In this document: piece after piece, positions 15,541-20,000 of the stretch | Position numbering within the stretch: the stretch's first letter is position 1 | How the letters are laid out: each line of letters opens with the position of its first letter | From: an uncultured virus (IMG/VR IMGVR_UViG_3300042879_004844) | Lineage: Duplodnaviria > Heunggongvirae > Uroviricota > Caudoviricetes | Reading direction: 5' to 3' (one strand) | Length of the DNA: 20,000 nt | Virus record (IMG/VR): IMGVR_UViG_3300042879_004844 | Notes under the pieces: model-generated | The model's input: only the letters and a program-made list of their open reading frames with translations | The model's database searches: none | Told to the model about the DNA's origin: nothing | Translations under genes and position numbers: made by a program

Positions 15541-16543
15541 CTGTGCGGTTTCCTTTCAGTAGCATGCCGGCATAGCTCTCTCCGGCGTTGATGGTGACGT
15601 TGAACATGCTGAAGTTGCCGGTGGCCCGGGAGATGAAGCGGACCAGGTAGCCGTGGGTCCACTCGGTCGGCCGGGTGTTGGCGTAGAGAGGCTGGCGCTT
15701 GCACAGACAGCCCGGATTCCAGGCACTGACCAGGCCGATGCCGGGAATGTGCTTGGGCTTGAAGCTCGCCCGGTGGGTGTCGAAGTAGCAGATGTTGCCG
15801 CCGGCCTTGGCCAGGGCCACGTCGGCCGCGTCCTTCGAGTTGCTGATCTTGTGCACGTAGAACATCTTGTCGAGCTTCACCCAGCCCGGCGTGTCGCAGC
15901 CCTCGTGGAGGTGGCCCTGCCGGTAGTAGCGGATGCCACGTTCCCTGAGGCGCAGAACGTGCTCGGCACAGAAGGTCTTGCGCAGCAGCTCGACGTCCTT
16001 GTGGTGGGCGAGTCGCTGCGTGAGGGCCCAGCGCTCGACGCGCCACTCATGGTTGCCCTCGAGGTAGTGGATGTCCGGGCAGGAGCTTGACTCCATGATC
16101 GCGTCGAGCAGCCCGTTTGCCACGGCCATGTCGTCCTCGTAGCTGTCGTCGGCCTCGGACACGTAGCCCAGGACGTGGTGCTCGGCCAGGAATCCGCCGC
16201 AGTTGATGAAGTCGCCTCCGATGAAGATCCGGTCGGGGCGCAGGATCTTGAGATCACCGAGCAGCGCCGAGAAGGCCGCGGGGTCGACCTGGTTGCCGTG
16301 CACGTCGGAGAAGATGACCTCGACGATGTCGCCCTTGCCGGCCCTGGGGCTCGAGGGCCTCGGCACCTGGATGGCCTTGCGGCCAGCGGTGCGGGCACGC
16401 TCGAGGGTCTTGACAGTCTCGGCGTGGGCCTTCCGCTCGGCCTCGAGCTGGGCCTGGGTCTCGGCCAGTCTGGTCTGGTGATCCGCGGCATGGGCCGCCT
16501 GCGCGACCTTGCCCCAGTTGGTGTCAGTGGTTTCTTTTTTCAT
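15533..16543 (-). CDS. Calcineurin-like metallophosphoesterase with N-terminal coiled coil (336 aa)
   Basis: Motifs FSDVHG, GGDFIN, LEGNHE, YVHK and FDTHR in the canonical order. Strong SD AGGAGG upstream of the ATG (tcctcct at 16551-16557). Confidence 0.9.
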   Translation of the reverse strand: MKKETTDTNWGKVAQAAHAADHQTRLAETQAQLEAERKAHAETVKTLERARTAGRKAIQVPRPSSPRAGKGDIVEVIFSDVHGNQVDPAAFSALLGDLKILRPDRIFIGGDFINCGGFLAEHHVLGYVSEADDSYEDDMAVANGLLDAIMESSSCPDIHYLEGNHEWRVERWALTQRLAHHKDVELLRKTFCAEHVLRLRERGIRYYRQGHLHEGCDTPGWVKLDKMFYVHKISNSKDAADVALAKAGGNICYFDTHRASFKPKHIPGIGLVSAWNPGCLCKRQPLYANTRPTEWTHGYLVRFISRATGNFSMFNVTINAGESYAGMLLKGNRTDA

Positions 16544-16555
16544 GGATGTTTCCTC

Positions 16556-17137
16556 CTATTGTGTCGCCTGAAAGTGCATCGCGTCTCTCGACCAGAAGGC
16601 TCCCGCGGAGAGCCAGCCCTCACGGGCAAAGATCTCCATCACGTCGAGCGGCATGTGGGCCCTGGTCGGCCAGTGCGCGTGCAGGCCATTCCGGCTCGCG
16701 TCGAGATCAATCGCGGCGGCCCGGGCATGCAGACTCGGGAGGGTTCCGCCTCGCATGTTGCGGTTGGCGTAGATTCCAAAATAACGGTTGACCCCGGCCT
16801 CGGTCCTGGCCTCGTCGGTCTTATAGCGCTTCCCGAGCTCGTTGAGAATCCGGGAGAGACTGGGAGCGAGCCTCTCGTGGACTGCCAGCGTCCGGATGGT
16901 CTCCGGCCCGTTGTAGAGAAACATCCTGTAGGGAACAGAGATCCGGGCGGTCGAGACCGAGCCCGCCGGGCCGTAGAACGCCGTGAGACTCTTCTGATCC
17001 TGCCTCGGCCACGGATTCGGCCTCGGCATGAGGGCCCGAAGATGGCGCTGGCAGGCCAGGATGGACTTCGGTCCCCAGAAGCCGTCGGGTTCGACCCCGA
17101 CCGACTCCTGGAGGATCTGGATCTGCGTCTTTTTCAT
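16556..17137 (-). CDS. Endolysin, M15-family zinc peptidase with N-terminal peptidoglycan-binding-like segment (193 aa)
   Basis: RNMRGG..PSLHARAAAIDL (SxH...D) and C-terminal DAMHFQ match M15/VanY-like Zn ligands. The N-terminal LQESVGVEPDGFWGPKS matches the PG_binding_1-type DGxxGxxT/S motif. Confidence 0.88.
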   Translation of the reverse strand: MKKTQIQILQESVGVEPDGFWGPKSILACQRHLRALMPRPNPWPRQDQKSLTAFYGPAGSVSTARISVPYRMFLYNGPETIRTLAVHERLAPSLSRILNELGKRYKTDEARTEAGVNRYFGIYANRNMRGGTLPSLHARAAAIDLDASRNGLHAHWPTRAHMPLDVMEIFAREGWLSAGAFWSRDAMHFQATQ

Positions 17138-17298
17138 CGCTCGGGCCTCACGACCTGCTTGCCGTCGCCGGGCTCGACCGAGACGGTGACTCTCTGGTTG
17201 AGAAAGTCATAGCCGAACCCGATCCTCGGGGTCACGCAGCCCGAGAGCAGCGCCGCCACGATGAAGGCCAGGATGATGACCACGAGCGCCGTCTTCAT
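17134..17298 (-). CDS. Small lipoprotein, possible o-spanin-like lysis protein (54 aa; not in ORF track)
   Basis: Hand translation: MKTALVVIILAFIVAALLSGCVTPRIGFGYDFLNQRVTVSVEPGDGKQVVRPER. Signal peptide II with lipobox LSG-C21. ATGA overlaps at both ends. Confidence 0.75.
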   Translation of the reverse strand: MKTALVVIILAFIVAALLSGCVTPRIGFGYDFLNQRVTVSVEPGDGKQVVRPER

Positions 17299-17471
17299 TT
17301 GCGCGAGAAGCGGCCAATGAAGGCCGCGATTGCACGCAGCGTCTTCTCAGGCTGTTCTCCCGGGATGAGCGCAAAGACCGCGATCAGGGCCAGGATGAGG
17401 CCGTTGGCGGCCGCGATGAGTTCGAGCCAGTTGAGCCGGCTGACGAGTTGGATGATGTCGTTGATGTTCAT
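17295..17471 (-). CDS. Putative holin/small membrane protein (58 aa)
   Basis: Start re-assigned to ATG 17471 (ATGA overlap): MNINDIIQLVSRLNWLELIAAANGLILALIAVFALIPGEQPEKTLRAIAAFIGRFSRK. It has a hydrophobic helix and a basic C-terminus, and lies upstream of the endolysin. Confidence 0.6.
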   Translation of the reverse strand: MNINDIIQLVSRLNWLELIAAANGLILALIAVFALIPGEQPEKTLRAIAAFIGRFSRK

Positions 17472-17635
17472 TGTTGTTTCTCCTCTGTTGGTTGTTGGGT
17501 GAGTTGTTTTTCGATACTCATCGCCACCGGCAAGATGCCCGCAGCAGCGTTCAAGCCGCCCGCTTTGGTCGCAATGTCGAGGCACTGCATGACGACCTTG
17601 GCCTCGGCTTCCGTGAGTGTGACTTGCTTACTCAT
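17468..17635 (-). CDS. Hypothetical protein (55 aa)
   Basis: MSKQVTLTEAEAKVVMQCLDIATKAGGLNAAAGILPVAMSIEKQL... Its start overlaps the upstream stop (ATGAGTAA). Confidence 0.65.
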   Translation of the reverse strand: MSKQVTLTEAEAKVVMQCLDIATKAGGLNAAAGILPVAMSIEKQLTQQPTEEKQQ

Positions 17636-17936
17636 TGGGCTGCTCCTGTTGCGCGGCAAGATAAGCCTGTGTCGCGGGAATCGCGGCGAGGACTGCCTCA
17701 AACGCGGCGGCGAGTTCGGGAACCGCTGCCATGATTTCGGGCGTCAGCGGCGCGGTCATCTTTTGGACGAGCGAGCCGTTGGCGAGTTCGCCGCTCTCGG
17801 TGGCGGGCAAAAGCTCCACGGTGATGCTGCCGGAATCAGCGGTCGGCTGGATGGCGGACAGACTGTAAACGTGGAGCCTGTCGTAGACCTTGGCGGCTAC
17901 GGCGGGTGTTTCGATGGGTGTTGGATTCGGTATCAT
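17628..17936 (-). CDS. Hypothetical protein downstream of fibre, possible fibre-associated/chaperone (102 aa)
   Basis: Compact ORF starting 3 nt after the fibre stop (TAA-TTT-ATG). The function is inferred from position only. Confidence 0.6.
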   Translation of the reverse strand: MIPNPTPIETPAVAAKVYDRLHVYSLSAIQPTADSGSITVELLPATESGELANGSLVQKMTAPLTPEIMAAVPELAAAFEAVLAAIPATQAYLAAQQEQPNE

Positions 17937-17939
17937 AAA

Positions 17940-19334
17940 TTAGGTGGCGATGAGGCCCAAGGTGCGGAGGCGGGCGAGCAGATCGTTGAGGCGGTCTTGC
18001 GTGCTGGCGGCGTCGGTTGCGTCTGCCACGGCGGCTTGCTGGACTACGGGCGTTGCGTTGAAGAATCCGACCTTCTGCGTGGTGCCGGTGCCGATCTTGG
18101 TGCCGGTGGTGGTGTCGGTGACGATGTTCCGCGTGGAGGCGTCGAGGTTGCCGTGGAGCGTCAGCGCACCACATAAAAGCCCGCCAAAACCAAGGTCGTC
18201 AGCGGTTCTAATTTGTAAGGTATTTGAGTTTCTTTTTAGGGCCACATGAGCACTGGAGGCTCCTCCGATTTGTATCAATCCTGTGGTGCTAACGATAAGC
18301 CTCGTCACCCCATCCGTCTGAAACTCCAGCGCCCTCGCCGTTCCGCCGCCAGATCCCTTCTCCGTGCCAACCTGAAACACGTTGCTGCTCCACTTGAGGA
18401 AACCGCGCTCGTGGTTCGTGTCACTGGTGAAGGTATTGTATATTCGGAAGGTTTGGGCGTTGGTGGTTTGTCGTTGCGCGAGGATATGATCTCCGTCTGC
18501 TATCAATGCGGTTGCTCCCCCAGAAGTAAATTGAAGCTCTCCTCCGCGAATCCTTACCGCGCTGCCTGTGAACAAAACTGGATTGCCGCCGCCAGAAGTG
18601 GCTATACGAAGTCCGCTCGACTCATAAAATCCCGAACCCGATCCCAACTCTAACGATGGGCCAGTGAGCGTCGGGGCAAACGTGCCAAATGTCACGCGGT
18701 TGTCAGCATGGACTCTAAACACTGAAGTTCCGCTGGATTGAACATCAAGAAGACTTGAGGAAGCTGCGCTTGCGGTATTGGTGACGTTGATGACGGCTGC
18801 GCTAAATCGTTGGCGACCAGTTAATGTGGCAGAGCTGCGATTCTGCGAGGTGCTGATGGTGTAAGTGCCGATGCCACCTGTTCCTGTGCCGAGGGCGGTG
18901 ATGCGTGTATCAAGGGTAATTGTCCCACTGCTGGTAAGCACCATTCCCACCTCAATAGTTCCAGAAGTGACGGCTGTTACGGTGAGCGTGGTGCCGCTGG
19001 TTGATCCTGTGAAAACTGCTTCAGAGTTCCAAGTCTGCGCCAGATCCAGCACAGGCGCGGACGCCGTGAGCGTGCCGTTGTTGGCGGTGAGGGTGGTGAA
19101 GGTGCCTGCGGCGGGCGTGGTGTTGCCGATGGCGGGCGGGGCGGCGAGGTAATTGCTAAAACCCGTCCCGCTCACCGTGCCGCTGGCCGAGAGATTCGTG
19201 GCCGCAACCGTCGATGCCGTGGTGCCCCCAATCGGCGTATTCTGGATCGAGGCAAACGTGACATTGTTCGCGGTGCCGAGTCCGAGCGCGGCGGCGTCGA
19301 CGGGTTCTGGGTAGAAAGTGGAAAGGAGACTCAT
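17940..19334 (-). CDS. Tail/head fibre protein (464 aa)
   Basis: Thr/Gly/Ser-rich beta-strand protein with IG.TT...T.L repeats ([30 protein letters not shown]) and a [14 protein letters not shown]...GTYTIS unit. The C-terminus [16 protein letters not shown] resembles the end of phage head-fibre-type proteins. Confidence 0.75.
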   Translation of the reverse strand: MSLLSTFYPEPVDAAALGLGTANNVTFASIQNTPIGGTTASTVAATNLSASGTVSGTGFSNYLAAPPAIGNTTPAAGTFTTLTANNGTLTASAPVLDLAQTWNSEAVFTGSTSGTTLTVTAVTSGTIEVGMVLTSSGTITLDTRITALGTGTGGIGTYTISTSQNRSSATLTGRQRFSAAVINVTNTASAASSSLLDVQSSGTSVFRVHADNRVTFGTFAPTLTGPSLELGSGSGFYESSGLRIATSGGGNPVLFTGSAVRIRGGELQFTSGGATALIADGDHILAQRQTTNAQTFRIYNTFTSDTNHERGFLKWSSNVFQVGTEKGSGGGTARALEFQTDGVTRLIVSTTGLIQIGGASSAHVALKRNSNTLQIRTADDLGFGGLLCGALTLHGNLDASTRNIVTDTTTGTKIGTGTTQKVGFFNATPVVQQAAVADATDAASTQDRLNDLLARLRTLGLIAT

Positions 19335-19747
19335 GGCGTGTTGAGAGTGGTGCGGGCGGATTGGACGGCTTGCTCGAAAGTCAGCGGAGGCTGCGGCCAG
19401 TCGTTGCGCGGCGACGGATCATTGGCAAATGTGTCGAGGATTGCGTTCAAGTAGCCTTCCAGAGCGTCGAGTTCTGGGCTCTGCTTGCCCGCGGCTTGGA
19501 GGTTAAAACGCAAGTAGAGCAACGTGGGCTGGCGTTCGCCACCGAGGCCGACGGATTTGAGGTGTTCTTCGGCGGTGATCGGTTCGGAGGTGTTGACCTC
19601 TTCCGCTTGCTCCCAGTCGGCCGGAAGGTCGGTGTCGGGAATGGCGCGGGTGCCTTCGGGCGGTTTCCAACCGGCAGGCTGGTCGGGGCGAACAAAGGTC
19701 ACAACCTTGCCGTCAGATTCTTGGACTATGGCGATGGCGTTGTTCAT
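19331..19747 (-). CDS. Hypothetical protein following Gly-rich fibre (138 aa), possible fibre assembly protein
   Basis: N-terminus [14 protein letters not shown]...[10 protein letters not shown] is typical of small proteins encoded after Gly-rich fibre genes. ATGA overlap with the next gene. Confidence 0.6.
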   Translation of the reverse strand: MNNAIAIVQESDGKVVTFVRPDQPAGWKPPEGTRAIPDTDLPADWEQAEEVNTSEPITAEEHLKSVGLGGERQPTLLYLRFNLQAAGKQSPELDALEGYLNAILDTFANDPSPRNDWPQPPLTFEQAVQSARTTLNTP

Positions 19748-19750
19748 AAA

Positions 19751-20000
19751 TTAAAAGCAGACAATGCGGACAAAGCCATCGCCGCCGTTGCCGCCTGCAC
19801 CGCTGTTGAATCCGTTTAGCGCAGCGCCACCGCCGCCACCGCCGCCGCCCAATCCGCCTGCGTTGGCTCCGTCTTGAGCGTTTGCGGTTGTGGAAGCGTT
19901 TCCGCCCCTTGCGCCTGTGCCGATTGCTGGGCTTAAATCGGGCAGATACAGAGCCGCCCGAACGTCAGTAAAGGGAGATCCACCGATTGATCCTCCGTTA
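19751..20000 (-). CDS. C-terminus of a glycine-rich tail-fibre-type protein (partial; not in ORF track)
   Basis: Hand translation: ...NGGSIGGSPFTDVRAALYLPDLSPAIGTGARGGNASTTANAQDGANAGGLGGGGGGGGAALNGFNSGAGGNGGDGFVRIVCF*. The GGNGGDGxVxI terminal motif is typical of phage Gly-rich domains. Confidence 0.8.
   Translation of the reverse strand, partial: NGGSIGGSPFTDVRAALYLPDLSPAIGTGARGGNASTTANAQDGANAGGLGGGGGGGGAALNGFNSGAGGNGGDGFVRIVCF

Noticed and set aside
15087..16046. 319-aa alternative-frame minus-strand ORF
   Set aside because: Arg/Pro/Ala-rich frame-shadow of the metallophosphoesterase and HTH-like genes, with no motifs.
16175..17212. 345-aa plus-strand ORF and the other plus-strand ORFs in the track
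   Set aside because: All lie opposite motif-bearing minus-strand genes that tile the window almost without gaps.
1..20000. CRISPR array, tRNA/rRNA, integrase/IS, diversity-generating retroelement, stop-codon recoding
   Set aside because: I saw no spaced DNA repeats, RNA-gene-sized gaps, recombinase or reverse transcriptase motifs, or adenine-specific TR/VR pair. The only notable DNA repeat is the 21-bp coding repeat. Genes tile fully under the standard code.

Overview
This window is a contiguous 20 kb piece of a tailed dsDNA phage or prophage, probably podovirus-like, with every credible gene on the minus strand (transcribed from 20000 towards 1). In transcription order it holds: (1) a fibre module (Gly-rich fibre C-terminus, a small protein, a 464-aa fibre, two small proteins); (2) a lysis cassette (holin-like, small lipoprotein, M15 peptidase endolysin); (3) an accessory trio (metallophosphoesterase, HTH-like protein, GNAT); (4) two acidic proteins; (5) a greatly enlarged adaptor-like protein and a greatly enlarged nozzle-like protein; (6) a GNAT-like/gp13-position protein; (7) a putative ejection-protein region. 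Two things stand out. First, six neighbouring Gly/Ala/Pro/Gln-rich genes all start Met-Gly-Gly. They flank a translationally coupled, non-canonical PAPS-reductase/PP-loop enzyme and follow a GNAT-like gene, which suggests a phage-encoded system that modifies or sorts virion cargo via an N-terminal Gly-Gly tag (inference). Second, both large tail proteins show nested 'Russian-doll' domain insertions, four levels deep in the nozzle-like protein. Five genes or gene parts absent or mis-started in the supplied ORF track were translated by hand. All family assignments come from motif recognition by eye; no searches were run.
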